60,355 nucleotides of DNA from an uncultured Desulfovibrionaceae bacterium (lineage in GTDB: Bacteria > Desulfobacterota > Desulfovibrionia > Desulfovibrionales > Desulfovibrionaceae), in assembly GCA_964368845.1 (NCBI GenBank), contig CAYJDF010000002.1, positions 1 to 60,355 of the forward strand, in the 5' to 3' direction. The position numbers were made by a program, and so were the translations under genes. Positions 37,335-47,215 of this stretch are shown one piece after another; within the stretch, counting starts at the first letter, position 1; every line of letters begins with the position of its first letter. A model generated the notes under the pieces. That model was given only the letters and a program-made list of their open reading frames with translations. It searched no databases and was not told where the DNA came from.

Positions 37335-37653
37335 CGTGTGGAGTATTCGCTATAGCCTCTACTTGTGCAGGGTCTATACATTTAACAGCTTCTGCTAAAG
37401 TTTTAATGTACATCTCTTGTTGCTCTTCAGTTTTAGACATATCGTAGAAACACATAATTAAATCTTTCATGGCACGGAGACCGTGGCAGTATTCTTGGTG
37501 TGCTTCTTCTTTATACGTCTCACCCATCATTGTGTATTTGTGATAGCCTTTTACTTCGTCTTGTACTCTATTAGCTGCTTCCATCACACTACATTTAGTC
37601 TTAGGTTCTCTTTCTACTTTGAGAACACCTTTGTCATCTACAATAAGTTTCAT
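37327..37653 (-). CDS. Hypothetical protein
   Basis: ORF in the operon. Confidence 0.6.
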   Translation of the reverse strand: MKLIVDDKGVLKVEREPKTKCSVMEAANRVQDEVKGYHKYTMMGETYKEEAHQEYCHGLRAMKDLIMCFYDMSKTEEQQEMYIKTLAEAVKCIDPAQVEAIANTPHVA

Positions 37654-37719
37654 ACTATTCTCCGTATTATTTTAGTAAGAGCATCTCTGTAATAGAGATG
37701 CTCTTTTTTGTTTACACAA

Positions 37720-38478
37720 CTATTTTACTGTTGGTGTGTAATGATTAACAATGAAGTTTTGGAGTTGACTTACAGACTCAGTAGCAGCTTCTTTTGCAAG
37801 AAGTGTGTTGGATACAGCCTGAGCACGATGTTGAGATTGATGGAGTTTGTCTTCGAGGTATTGAATGCGTTCATCCTTGGCTGTGTCTTTGATAAGACAA
37901 CGAGTACGCTCAGCTTCAAGAGAAACTGTAGCTTCAAGGGTGTTCATGCGATTCATGAGGTTACTTTCTGAAAGCTTCGTTTGGGCGATACCTTCACGTA
38001 CTGCACACAATACACCGTCAATACTACGGTTAATGGTGCAGCAGCAATCAGACAATTGGCGGCTTACATCATTAGTGGCTGCTACAGAACGGTCACCTTG
38101 GTCACGAACAACGCCCATAAGGCGAGAGGTTACATCACAAAGATAGGTGTTCAAGTTAGAGAAACCTTGAGCGGTCTCAGCTTGAGCAGCATAGATACGG
38201 TCGTAGATACCAGTGATGGTTTGGGTTTCTGTACCTGCGGCTGCGGTGAAGGCTTCACGATTAGCACCGCTAAGACCATTCCATCCACCACCTAGAACTA
38301 AGAACAAGAAGAGGATAAAGAATAATTCGTTACCACTACCACCAAAACCATTCTTGTTACAAAGGGCCATCATCTCTGGAAGAGAGGCTCCTTTATTATT
38401 CTGCATAAGTGCCATAAGGCCAGCCATATCTGTCATATTAGTATCTTCCTTTGAAGCGTGATTAGTATGGGCTTCCAT
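37720..38478 (-). CDS. Membrane-anchored coiled-coil protein with a CCC motif
   Basis: TM segment LFFILFLFLVLGGGW; SDCCCTINRS; C-terminal heptad-like region; GGAGA SD. Confidence 0.7.
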   Translation of the reverse strand: MEAHTNHASKEDTNMTDMAGLMALMQNNKGASLPEMMALCNKNGFGGSGNELFFILFLFLVLGGGWNGLSGANREAFTAAAGTETQTITGIYDRIYAAQAETAQGFSNLNTYLCDVTSRLMGVVRDQGDRSVAATNDVSRQLSDCCCTINRSIDGVLCAVREGIAQTKLSESNLMNRMNTLEATVSLEAERTRCLIKDTAKDERIQYLEDKLHQSQHRAQAVSNTLLAKEAATESVSQLQNFIVNHYTPTVK

Positions 38479-38574
38479 ACATCATCTCCATATGTTACAT
38501 GTTACAAATTAATTCCACTAGACGATACTACCTACTATCTGGAGCTTGGTCGGAGTCTTGGAGCCTTGTCGTAG

Positions 38575-38757
38575 CTAAGAATTTTTTGTAGATGTAGAGC
38601 ATATTACTTCGTAGGTTCCGTGCTTCACACGGTCTTGCTCTTCTTTTCTTTTAGCGTTACAGAATCTTTCTAGGCTTCCTACTAAGTATCCTGTAATTCT
38701 ACGAGTGCGTTCAAAGGGTACACCTTCACCTACTAATTTATTTGAAGACTTATCCAT
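38575..38757 (-). CDS. Stand-alone NrdD C-terminal glycyl-radical domain-like protein (60 aa)
   Basis: RTRRITGYLVGSLERFCNAKRKEEQDRVKH matches the class III RNR C-terminal motif (R-I/V-x-GY...N.[GA]K..E...R.KH). AGGAG SD. Confidence 0.6.
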   Translation of the reverse strand: MDKSSNKLVGEGVPFERTRRITGYLVGSLERFCNAKRKEEQDRVKHGTYEVICSTSTKNS

Positions 38758-38766
38758 CGTGTACTC

Positions 38767-39429
38767 CTATGCGTATTGATTTATAAATTCAACTATCTTA
38801 GAAGATATTATCTTATGTCCTTCATCGTTAGGATGTATAACATCTGTACCAGAGTATGCTGTAGTATTCAACCAAGGACGTAGACTACTCTCGTGATATA
38901 AATCTAGACAAGGAACACCGTAGTGCGCACAACATTCTTTAATAGCTTCTGCGTATGTATGCCAAGGGCCATCTACTCCCCACATCTTCTGTGACACAAA
39001 ACCTGGCCACGATGCGGCACGAGGTGTAGACACTATCCACAATAAAGATTTATTAGGATATGTTGATAGTATTTTTTCTATAGTAGCTTTAACAATAGAA
39101 CATTGCGTAGCTACTGGATTAGATGTACCATACGGTGCGTCATGTATACTGCCTACGGGAAAAGCACCTATACTCCATAGAGCATAATCATTCATGTTCC
39201 CCATAACCACTACACTATCAAAGTCAGGATACGTGTGCCAACTATCTATACGTTGAAGTATCCCAACATTTCCACCTGCTGGCATAAGTAAGCCCGTACC
39301 ACTTTTACCGTCATTGATTGTGTTACACCCTAATTGTTCAGCTACATAATCTATATAGTTTTTGTGTACATATCCATGACTTTTATCTGTGATACTATCT
39401 CCAGTAAAAAGAATGCTACTTGATATCAT
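38767..39429 (-). CDS. SGNH/GDSL hydrolase (esterase)
   Basis: Block I FTGDSITD and block V DVIHPNDEGH. Confidence 0.75.
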   Translation of the reverse strand: MISSSILFTGDSITDKSHGYVHKNYIDYVAEQLGCNTINDGKSGTGLLMPAGGNVGILQRIDSWHTYPDFDSVVVMGNMNDYALWSIGAFPVGSIHDAPYGTSNPVATQCSIVKATIEKILSTYPNKSLLWIVSTPRAASWPGFVSQKMWGVDGPWHTYAEAIKECCAHYGVPCLDLYHESSLRPWLNTTAYSGTDVIHPNDEGHKIISSKIVEFINQYA

Positions 39430-39438
39430 ATGCGTTCC

Positions 39439-39780
39439 TTATGCTATAAGTGCAAGTTCTGTACGAATACGTGATGCTTCTGTTTCTATCTCTGCAATAA
39501 TTGTATCGTCTTCTTCGGTGCTTGTATTTGCTAACTTAGCACGAATAGCTCGTATACTTTTCTCGTCTAATTCTACAAGAGATTTTTTTAATTGGTATAT
39601 TTTACTTTGCACAGGAATGCCTTGTATCCAAGTGCCATCTTCACTAGCAATCCATTCACCTTCTTCGGGACGATAGTCTTGCATTACGATAAACCCTTCA
39701 GGCATTGTGCCACCTATTTGGCAAAAACTGTCACCTACTTTTGCATATATACTAGACATAATTATACTCCTAATTTCCAA
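39439..39780 (-). CDS. Hypothetical protein
   Basis: ORF in the operon. Confidence 0.6.
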   Translation of the reverse strand: MEIRSIIMSSIYAKVGDSFCQIGGTMPEGFIVMQDYRPEEGEWIASEDGTWIQGIPVQSKIYQLKKSLVELDEKSIRAIRAKLANTSTEEDDTIIAEIETEASRIRTELALIA

Positions 39781-40985
39781 ACGTGTATACGTACATACTT
39801 TGTACCATCAACAGAATCGGTATTAAATCCACTCCCGTTGTGCGCAGCCACTATAGCATCACGTCCAGTTTTCATTACTATGCCATTCATGTTATTCATA
39901 TGCGCCACAACACCTGCACTATAATTATAACCACCGTCTTTTGTGTATTGAAAACCTGCGTCAGCCCATTCACCATCTACGTAAATTTCAGCGAGACATA
40001 GTATAGGTGTGCCAAAACCATAAGGTGATGGTACGACATATTTTGAGTTTTTTATTACACTAATAGGCATATGGTCGCTTTCATATGCATGTGGATTATC
40101 TGGGTCAAGCTGTAACCTAGTCGAACGATTATACATAACTTTGTAATTTAGTTTACTAGCAGCTGTCATTTCAAAGTTAGACATGTTCTTGTCCATACCT
40201 GTTGTTCTAGCAAGATATGCACCACCTGCTGGTGTCAACACTGTTGTAGTACTTTCATCATCAATTTGTTGCTCTGTTGCTACAGGAATATACCCTATAT
40301 TAAGATGGGTACTATCCGCAGGAGTAACAGGTATAGAATCAGCTCGTGGTGTAACAGATTGTTTTGTTTGAAGGTTTACAATATCTGCTTCAACTCTATC
40401 AACATCAGAATTAAGACGTGCAATTTCTGTAGCATTAGCTTCTGCAATTACTGTGCATTGTTCTATTTCTGTAGCATTATTTAAAATGCTTTGTGCGTTA
40501 GTATTAATACTTGCTGTATTAGCAGCGATAGCTAAATTAGCTTCATCTACTTCAGCACCTACTGCATTAATAGCATCTAGTGCTGCATTTTGATATTCAG
40601 ATATAGTATACTTGTTTGCAGTATTACTAATGCGTGTACCTACAGGCCATAACACAAAAGATGGAAGGTTTGCGTCAAATGCTGGACGCTCTTCTAATAA
40701 AGCTTTAACAGTTACTACATCAGCAGTAGATGTTAGAGTATCATCAAAGAAACATTTATATGTAGCAGATATGCCTGTAGGCTCGTGGAAGAACGTCATA
40801 TACATATAACATGGATTAGCTGTAAAATATTGTTGTGCGTTTATTGGCCATTTGTTTCTGTCTGTCGGTACGAGTTGTACACTTTGTGCATCAGCTAACG
40901 TACCATCTTTTGTATCTATATAATCAATAGACTCATACAATGTTGCTTCAAAGTTATTGTAGAGACCCATTTGTAAATTACTCAT
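39762..40985 (-). CDS. Tail fiber / spike-like protein with a central coiled coil
   Basis: Heptad-like NTASINTNAQSILNNATEIEQ...EADIVNLQ region; position in the tail module. Confidence 0.6.
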   Translation of the reverse strand: MSNLQMGLYNNFEATLYESIDYIDTKDGTLADAQSVQLVPTDRNKWPINAQQYFTANPCYMYMTFFHEPTGISATYKCFFDDTLTSTADVVTVKALLEERPAFDANLPSFVLWPVGTRISNTANKYTISEYQNAALDAINAVGAEVDEANLAIAANTASINTNAQSILNNATEIEQCTVIAEANATEIARLNSDVDRVEADIVNLQTKQSVTPRADSIPVTPADSTHLNIGYIPVATEQQIDDESTTTVLTPAGGAYLARTTGMDKNMSNFEMTAASKLNYKVMYNRSTRLQLDPDNPHAYESDHMPISVIKNSKYVVPSPYGFGTPILCLAEIYVDGEWADAGFQYTKDGGYNYSAGVVAHMNNMNGIVMKTGRDAIVAAHNGSGFNTDSVDGTKYVRIHVWKLGV

Positions 40986-41586
40986 ACGTGTATCCCTCGT
41001 TACGTTTACTTAACCAACCTTTCATATATTTCCTATAATCAGATGCTTTAGTGGTGTCTAATCCTAACGCTACATAAAACTGTCCTTGTAGACTATTAAG
41101 TCCATTGGCTAATGCTATCTGAGCTTGACGACCTTCATTCACTACTTGAGATAAACGTGCTCGTGTTTTAGTGCCTATACGATAGTCAACAGTTAAGTCT
41201 GCGCCGTATTTGTTTTTGTAGTTCATAGCATTACACACTTGTTGTATGTGTTTACATGCTCTGGTAACACCTAGGTTTACAGATTGCTCATAGATTTCAT
41301 AGCATACTTCATCACTATCTATATCGTCTAGTTTATAAATATCCCAGAAATTCTGTTTAAAGAAACTGAGTACAGCATCTTCAAGAGATTCATCTGTAGC
41401 TAAATTTTTAGGAAAAGTGCGTTGGTGTTTGTATCCATCAATGATATCCCAACCTTTCCATTTTGGAAAGTTGTTTCTAGAAACACCTTTGTACGTTTCT
41501 CCACCTGTATCATTTGGGTCTACAGAATAACCACCTTCATATCCAGCTACCTTTTTGTATATAGCCATAAATTTTTCTGTGTACAT
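40978..41586 (-). CDS. GH108-family N-acetylmuramidase (endolysin) with C-terminal peptidoglycan-binding region
   Basis: YEGGYSVDPNDTGGETYKGVS matches the GH108 EGGY...D.GG.T motif. Confidence 0.75.
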   Translation of the reverse strand: MYTEKFMAIYKKVAGYEGGYSVDPNDTGGETYKGVSRNNFPKWKGWDIIDGYKHQRTFPKNLATDESLEDAVLSFFKQNFWDIYKLDDIDSDEVCYEIYEQSVNLGVTRACKHIQQVCNAMNYKNKYGADLTVDYRIGTKTRARLSQVVNEGRQAQIALANGLNSLQGQFYVALGLDTTKASDYRKYMKGWLSKRNEGYTYE

Positions 41587-41598
41587 AGTATCTCCATA

Positions 41599-42345
41599 TT
41601 ACATGTATGGGTCTGTAGGCACATAAATACGTCCATATGTACCATCTGTTTTATAATCAACCCATCTAGGTATCCGTATAACATCTTTACCTTTTCTCGC
41701 AAAAGTAGCGTACACTTCTGATGTAACAACTGCATTCATTATACACCATATTCTTCTAAAGAAAGCAAGGTCTGTCCATAGAGTGCCTACGCCATCGTAT
41801 TTCATGTTTAAATACGCTACAACATTCACATGTACTGGGTCTATATCAGCGTACTGTTTAGTTACACCAAATGTATGTGTACCTAGGGTGTGTACTCCTA
41901 GTGTATGAGGTATAACTCTATCAGCCAAACCTATCACATATAGTATGTCTAAGTCTACGACATCTCCTTCTTTAATGTAGAAGAAAGATTTTATATCAAA
42001 CACAGACGGTATACTTACGTACAAAATTATAGGCACAGCTTGTCCAGATATACGTGTTGTATATGTAGGAGCTACGTTATATAGCATAGAACATGTGGCG
42101 TTGCTTTCAGAAGTGACATCCATATCTATATTGATATACACTGCATTACTGATAGGTTGTACTATGAAAGTACTATATACATTATTATTAAATGATATGT
42201 ATTTAACATCATTCAACACTATTATATTATTACTAGTAATGTTATATGTACAAGATATATCTACAAAAGATGTGGTCTTTTCAAAAGATGCTAGTGTGGA
42301 TACTCCAAATGCGGCTACTCCTAAAGTACTATCACGCAGCCCCAT
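41599..42345 (-). CDS. Hypothetical virion protein
   Basis: ORF in the structural operon. Confidence 0.65.
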   Translation of the reverse strand: MGLRDSTLGVAAFGVSTLASFEKTTSFVDISCTYNITSNNIIVLNDVKYISFNNNVYSTFIVQPISNAVYINIDMDVTSESNATCSMLYNVAPTYTTRISGQAVPIILYVSIPSVFDIKSFFYIKEGDVVDLDILYVIGLADRVIPHTLGVHTLGTHTFGVTKQYADIDPVHVNVVAYLNMKYDGVGTLWTDLAFFRRIWCIMNAVVTSEVYATFARKGKDVIRIPRWVDYKTDGTYGRIYVPTDPYM

Positions 42346-42356
42346 AGTTCACGCTC

Positions 42357-42782
42357 CTAAGAAATAGTTATAACGTGAGCACCTTCACGAATACGGATAA
42401 CGTCTCCTGCAAATACTTCACGAGGATTGGCTAACGGAGCCCACATGATAACATTACCTGCACCTACAGTACCACCATCTAGTAAAGCTGTGTGAGTAAT
42501 ATTACCCCAGTTAGTTGTAGCAGTTTGGAACTCCATGTCTCCAGCATTATGCGAAGTACCTGCGGTAGCAGTAGTGTATCCACCAAAGTCAGCGGCACGA
42601 AGGCGGCGATAGGAGGCAGAGTCTTGTACTTCATTTTGTACAGCAGGGTTGTTATCTTCTAGTCCTGTATCAGATTTGAATAAACCCACATATACATCAT
42701 AGCTAGATGCTACGTCAAAAGGAACTTTATTTAACAACATATTCAACACAGCATTTTCTGTGTAATTACTAAAACTTGCCAT
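42357..42782 (-). CDS. Conserved-looking small virion protein (track start TTG 42797)
   Basis: ATG 42782 after a GAGG SD. NYTENAVLNMLL...YRR...WGNITHTALLDG pattern recalled from phage structural proteins. Confidence 0.6.
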   Translation of the reverse strand: MASFSNYTENAVLNMLLNKVPFDVASSYDVYVGLFKSDTGLEDNNPAVQNEVQDSASYRRLRAADFGGYTTATAGTSHNAGDMEFQTATTNWGNITHTALLDGGTVGAGNVIMWAPLANPREVFAGDVIRIREGAHVITIS

Positions 42783-42801
42783 AGTATTAAACCTCAATTA
42801 T

Positions 42802-43593
42802 TTATTGTGAATAGAAATTAACAGGAAGCATTTCTGCTGCACTGCGTTGATAAGATTTTGCAGACTTACTCTTAGCTCTAGATATACCTGCTCTAAACAG
42901 TTTATCATAGTACGGGACTAAAGCTTCTTGCGCCCATATCTTTCCTCGCATAGCTAATAGTTTTGTAAGAGCTCCTGCTGCTATAACTTCAGCCCAATCT
43001 TCATATATAAAATTAGGACATGATGGAGCCTGTCGTGAAGGTTTGAGCACAACACCTGCTGTAAGAGCATCTTCTATATCCTCATAAGGTACAGGAATAA
43101 GACGTACAGTGTCTTCATTCTCTAAGAAGTACAGTCTAGGAGTACCTGGATTTAAGTCTCTCCAATTAGGCATCTCTGCTTCTAGCGTATCTAAGTCTGT
43201 AGCTTTTAATTCTTTACCGTTGATAGCTACTCTATAAGGAGTAACTACTTTAGCGTATTGTGGTGGAGCAAATACATAAGAGGCTGTGTTTTCATAGATA
43301 GCATTACGTACACTTTCTTGTCTCCATATAAAAGACTTGGCACAGAACTCTGTACACGCTGAACGTATGGCTGTGTCAACCATAGTAGTAGGACAACCTT
43401 GCACACTAGGCATTACGTATTCATGAAATGCATCCCAAGTTACCATAGTTGCGTTTCCTATATTTAGTGTTAAATCTACTTCTATATCTAAAGTGCCCTC
43501 TACAGGAACAGATGCCAAATCATATGTTGTATTCACATGTTGTGTTGCATCAGTAATATATAGTATATCTAATTCATGTATTTCATTTGCCAT
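42802..43593 (-). CDS. Hypothetical head-tail connector region protein
   Basis: Position downstream of the capsid genes. Confidence 0.65.
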   Translation of the reverse strand: MANEIHELDILYITDATQHVNTTYDLASVPVEGTLDIEVDLTLNIGNATMVTWDAFHEYVMPSVQGCPTTMVDTAIRSACTEFCAKSFIWRQESVRNAIYENTASYVFAPPQYAKVVTPYRVAINGKELKATDLDTLEAEMPNWRDLNPGTPRLYFLENEDTVRLIPVPYEDIEDALTAGVVLKPSRQAPSCPNFIYEDWAEVIAAGALTKLLAMRGKIWAQEALVPYYDKLFRAGISRAKSKSAKSYQRSAAEMLPVNFYSQ

Positions 43594-43601
43594 AAGTACT
43601 C

Positions 43602-44345
43602 CTAACTTTGTTGAGCAGGAGTACTTGTTACGGCATTAAGAGGAACACCTACACCAGATAATGTAGTTTCTACGATTCTAGGTACTACATCTACAGACGC
43701 ACTGTATTCTACACCAAGACCCTGATAGAAAGACTTCTCATACTTAGTAGCGATTTGTGTATCAAACTGTGAAGTACTGTCTGTACTAAATAATAAGTAT
43801 AGCATGTAGTTCACTATAGGTGTTCGATATAATTCATCAACATCTATTTGAGCTTCCAACACATCTTCAAAAGATAAACTAAGTTCAGAGTACTGCGGAA
43901 ACCCATACGAGTACTCCATCTCTACGTGTATAGTTTCTCCATCCGCTACAGGAGGAGAGACCCAATAGTGTTTTGGACTACGTTTATCATATGCAAACTC
44001 TGTTATCTGATACTTTGTGGGCACGGCTGTGTGCCACGATGAAAAGTAATCTAGGTCTTTGCGGTCTACTTGGAACACAGGTTTTCCTATGCCCCATTCT
44101 GTACCATCAATATGCACCATGTTGGCGTATATATCTACAAGAGCGTAGCCATCCATTGGTATCTGCTGCTTTGTTCCTGCTTCTAATTGTACAACACGTT
44201 TTATTGTGTGTACATCTGGACGAGTAAGAACTAAATGCATAAGAGCATCATCTAACAATTGTAAGTATTGATGCTTTGTTATGCGAGAATAGTCTTCATC
44301 GTGATACGTTAATATTACTCTACTTATAATATCTTTTACTTTCAT
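43602..44345 (-). CDS. Hypothetical head-tail connector region protein
   Basis: Position downstream of the capsid genes. Confidence 0.65.
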   Translation of the reverse strand: MKVKDIISRVILTYHDEDYSRITKHQYLQLLDDALMHLVLTRPDVHTIKRVVQLEAGTKQQIPMDGYALVDIYANMVHIDGTEWGIGKPVFQVDRKDLDYFSSWHTAVPTKYQITEFAYDKRSPKHYWVSPPVADGETIHVEMEYSYGFPQYSELSLSFEDVLEAQIDVDELYRTPIVNYMLYLLFSTDSTSQFDTQIATKYEKSFYQGLGVEYSASVDVVPRIVETTLSGVGVPLNAVTSTPAQQS

Positions 44346-44371
44346 ACACGTATCGCCTTTATAAAAATTAG

Positions 44372-44821
44372 TTATTCTCCGTAGCCCACTATAGTATACG
44401 GATATGTTGGAATCTTTTTAATAGTCACCTTGTTGTCATCATCATATTCGTAACGTACAGTACACGCACGGTCAATGCATTCTGACAAAAAGTATTCAGG
44501 TATGGTAACTTCTTTTTCAAAAGGAGCTTGAAAATTTTTATTATTGATAGATGCGTATACATAATTACCAGCACTAGGGTTGGTAGAGTTATGGAAAATT
44601 ACTCGTACAGTACGCTCTGTATCTAAATATGGATTTTCGTTATCCCATTGTTTAAGAAGAGCTACGGCTTGTGACCTAACCAAACGGTTTTGCTCATTGA
44701 ATGGTACTGCAAGATTACGTTCTCTGAGGAGAGACATTAATTCAGCATCTTTGCACGCCGCATACCGAATAGTTTTTGCATCAGCTTCATTAGTACTTTC
44801 TACTGTTACTTCATTAGACAT
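44372..44821 (-). CDS. Hypothetical protein
   Basis: ORF after the capsid terminator hairpin. Confidence 0.65.
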   Translation of the reverse strand: MSNEVTVESTNEADAKTIRYAACKDAELMSLLRERNLAVPFNEQNRLVRSQAVALLKQWDNENPYLDTERTVRVIFHNSTNPSAGNYVYASINNKNFQAPFEKEVTIPEYFLSECIDRACTVRYEYDDDNKVTIKKIPTYPYTIVGYGE

Positions 44822-44851
44822 GTTATTACTACCTTATTTAAAATATTGTAT

Positions 44852-44873
44852 AGAGGGCACTAAAGTGCCCCCT
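44852..44873 (-). terminator. Hairpin after the major capsid gene (partial terminator / RNA stabiliser)
   Basis: On the minus strand, AGGGGGCAC-TTTA-GTGCCCTCT: 9 bp including one G-U pair. Confidence 0.55.
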
Positions 44874-44886
44874 ATCATAATTAGAC

Positions 44887-45903
44887 TTACAGTACAGATA
44901 CTGCTACTTCACCACGAACCATCCAAGCTTGGTTAAGAATAACCGCAGTTTGCATGGCCTTCCAACCAATGTGGCCACGTTGACCTAAGGGGTCAGACTC
45001 ACATGGAGTAGGTTGAAGCACTACAGGAGTGATAGCGTTAGTGCCCTTAAAGGGTACGATACCATAAGCATCTTTAGCAATGTAAAGAATTGGGTATACG
45101 TCAGCGTTAGTACCTGTAGTAGATACTACAGTAGAACCAGCAGCACCACCAGCATCAGGGTAGGCTTCTAAAAGGTCAGAGTATAAGTAACGAACCTTTT
45201 CAACAGCACCGATTTCGTTTTCCATTGATGGTACAGAACCGTAGTCCTTTACATCAATGAAGCCTTTCATTTCACGGATGTCGGCATCACAATCAGGGTG
45301 ACATACAGCCACGAAACCTGGAGATACGTTCTCAGTGTTAAAGGAAGGAGTAGAACGAATGATTTCGTTGATGTTACGGGCACGTTGAGCTTGAAGCTTA
45401 CGTGTAATACGGCGTTGCATGTTAGTGCTAATAGGAGTATTAACAGCGTTACGAGCAGCACCGTTGGCGTATTCTACGTTAGAACCACCAAGAAGTACAC
45501 CAATACGTACACGCTCAAGCATTTCAGCAGCTTGCTCACCTACAACGGCGGTAGCTTGCTCAAGTACAGGAGAGTCGGTGGTGTCAAGAAGCACGTCAGT
45601 TACAGTAACTAAGTCACCATACTGGTCAAGGGTTACTTGAAGGTCTGTTACCTTAAGGTCTTGGCTGTTAGGCGTTACACCTTCGGTGAGTTTAGCAGGA
45701 GTAGCATCAAGAGCTTCGTAACGGCGAAACTTAATTGTGCGAGTGCTTTTCTCAGGAAGTGGGTAAGCTTGGCCAAACTTTTCAAATACCATGTAGGGAA
45801 GAGCACGAACAAGAAGTTGAAGTGCTACATAAGCATTTACCATGGTTGGGATAGAACCAGTGCTAGAAGAATTTACTAGCAAGGTATTACTGGATACGTT
45901 CAT
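44887..45903 (-). CDS. Major capsid protein (HK97 fold; N4 gp56-family-like, from memory)
   Basis: 338 aa directly after the scaffold gene. Codon usage looks typical of a highly expressed gene. Followed by a hairpin. Sequence pattern TIKFRRYEAL...LTEGVTP recalled from N4-type capsids. Confidence 0.8.
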   Translation of the reverse strand: MNVSSNTLLVNSSSTGSIPTMVNAYVALQLLVRALPYMVFEKFGQAYPLPEKSTRTIKFRRYEALDATPAKLTEGVTPNSQDLKVTDLQVTLDQYGDLVTVTDVLLDTTDSPVLEQATAVVGEQAAEMLERVRIGVLLGGSNVEYANGAARNAVNTPISTNMQRRITRKLQAQRARNINEIIRSTPSFNTENVSPGFVAVCHPDCDADIREMKGFIDVKDYGSVPSMENEIGAVEKVRYLYSDLLEAYPDAGGAAGSTVVSTTGTNADVYPILYIAKDAYGIVPFKGTNAITPVVLQPTPCESDPLGQRGHIGWKAMQTAVILNQAWMVRGEVAVSVL

Positions 45904-45914
45904 ATATTTTTACC

Positions 45915-46898
45915 TTATCTACGATTCCTGTTTTCCCATTCTTGCATAGACTTCATCAAAGCTGTATTATAGTCTTCAGGTTTAGCTTGTTGTGAAAAAG
46001 TCTTGATATCCATACCAGGAGTTTTTGATGGTACGCCAATCATTTCTGCAACACGTTTAGCTATCTCTTCATCTCTATTAATAGAACTCTGTGTATTTGT
46101 GGGAGAAGGATTCGGTTGAGTAGTTAGTTGAGTATTATTTTGTTTATACTCATTGAGTAGTTGAATAACTTGTTCCGCTGTACCTTGGGACATTATAACG
46201 TTGATGCCCATCTGTTTAATAGCATCTTGTTTTTCAGCCCATTGTTTTAACGCTCCACTGTTTATGATGTTGTATACATCAGCGTGTGCTGACTCTACTT
46301 TATTCCTGTATGATAACTGAGCATTGTGCGATATGTGTTGCTGTAAAGGTTGTACAGAAGTGTTTACTAAATCTTGTATAGATTTTTTCGTGCTTTCCAT
46401 TTCTTTCTTTAACATGACTTCAATGGTTTTATACACATCAGGAAACAGTTCTTTAACTTCATTTACAACGGCCATCTCTTCTGTATCCTCTTGGGGTACT
46501 TGAGGAGTCGGTTGTGTAGCTTTAAGACTTTGATACAAATCAGACAACTCATTGAGACGACTGTGTAGTAATCCTGTCTTAGCTTCACTCTCTTGACGTA
46601 GCTGTTCGTACATCGCTCTATAATCTACAGATGCTTGTGGTGCGTCAGTGTTATCGGTAAGAGGAGAGGATTGTGTGTTATTCGCAGTATTCACAACAGG
46701 AACATCTTTATGCTCTGGTTGTTGGAGCTGCTCACTATCTTCACTACTATCTTCCGAAACAGTGTCAGATGTAGCTACAGTGTTAGTTTTGTTTTCATAT
46801 TCATCCGCCATGCGTTCAAATATGTTATCATAGGTTGGTTCTGTAGATACACTTTGTTCACTTGTATTTGTGTTTTGTTCACTCATATTTTTTACCAT
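45915..46898 (-). CDS. Scaffolding protein
   Basis: Acidic/Q-rich, predicted helical, located between portal and capsid. Confidence 0.6.
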   Translation of the reverse strand: MVKNMSEQNTNTSEQSVSTEPTYDNIFERMADEYENKTNTVATSDTVSEDSSEDSEQLQQPEHKDVPVVNTANNTQSSPLTDNTDAPQASVDYRAMYEQLRQESEAKTGLLHSRLNELSDLYQSLKATQPTPQVPQEDTEEMAVVNEVKELFPDVYKTIEVMLKKEMESTKKSIQDLVNTSVQPLQQHISHNAQLSYRNKVESAHADVYNIINSGALKQWAEKQDAIKQMGINVIMSQGTAEQVIQLLNEYKQNNTQLTTQPNPSPTNTQSSINRDEEIAKRVAEMIGVPSKTPGMDIKTFSQQAKPEDYNTALMKSMQEWENRNRR

Positions 46899-46951
46899 TT
46901 AGTTTATGGGGCCTAGGCAATCCATGTTCTATAGGTACAACATACGTTGTA

Positions 46952-47215
46952 CTACTCAGGAAATTCTATTAAGAGTCCTGATGTATTACTCATTATGTCA
47001 TATAGTTTTTGAATAATCCTAAGTTCTCCTGTTAATACACTTCTTTCTTCTACTGTTACATTCTCTTGTAAAAGCTTTGTATATGTAATATGCTTTAGTA
47101 CCTGAAGATATAAACATAGCTTACGTTGTTGTTCTGTATCTTTACTATACACAAAGCTTTTTTCATATTTCTTTTTAATACTATTTGGGCTATCCATATT
47201 AATTCCTTGAAACAA
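46952..47215 (-). CDS. Hypothetical protein
   Basis: ORF overlapping the portal stop; followed by the hairpin GTACAAC-ATAC-GTTGTAC (46935-46952). Confidence 0.55.
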   Translation of the reverse strand: MFQGINMDSPNSIKKKYEKSFVYSKDTEQQRKLCLYLQVLKHITYTKLLQENVTVEERSVLTGELRIIQKLYDIMSNTSGLLIEFPE

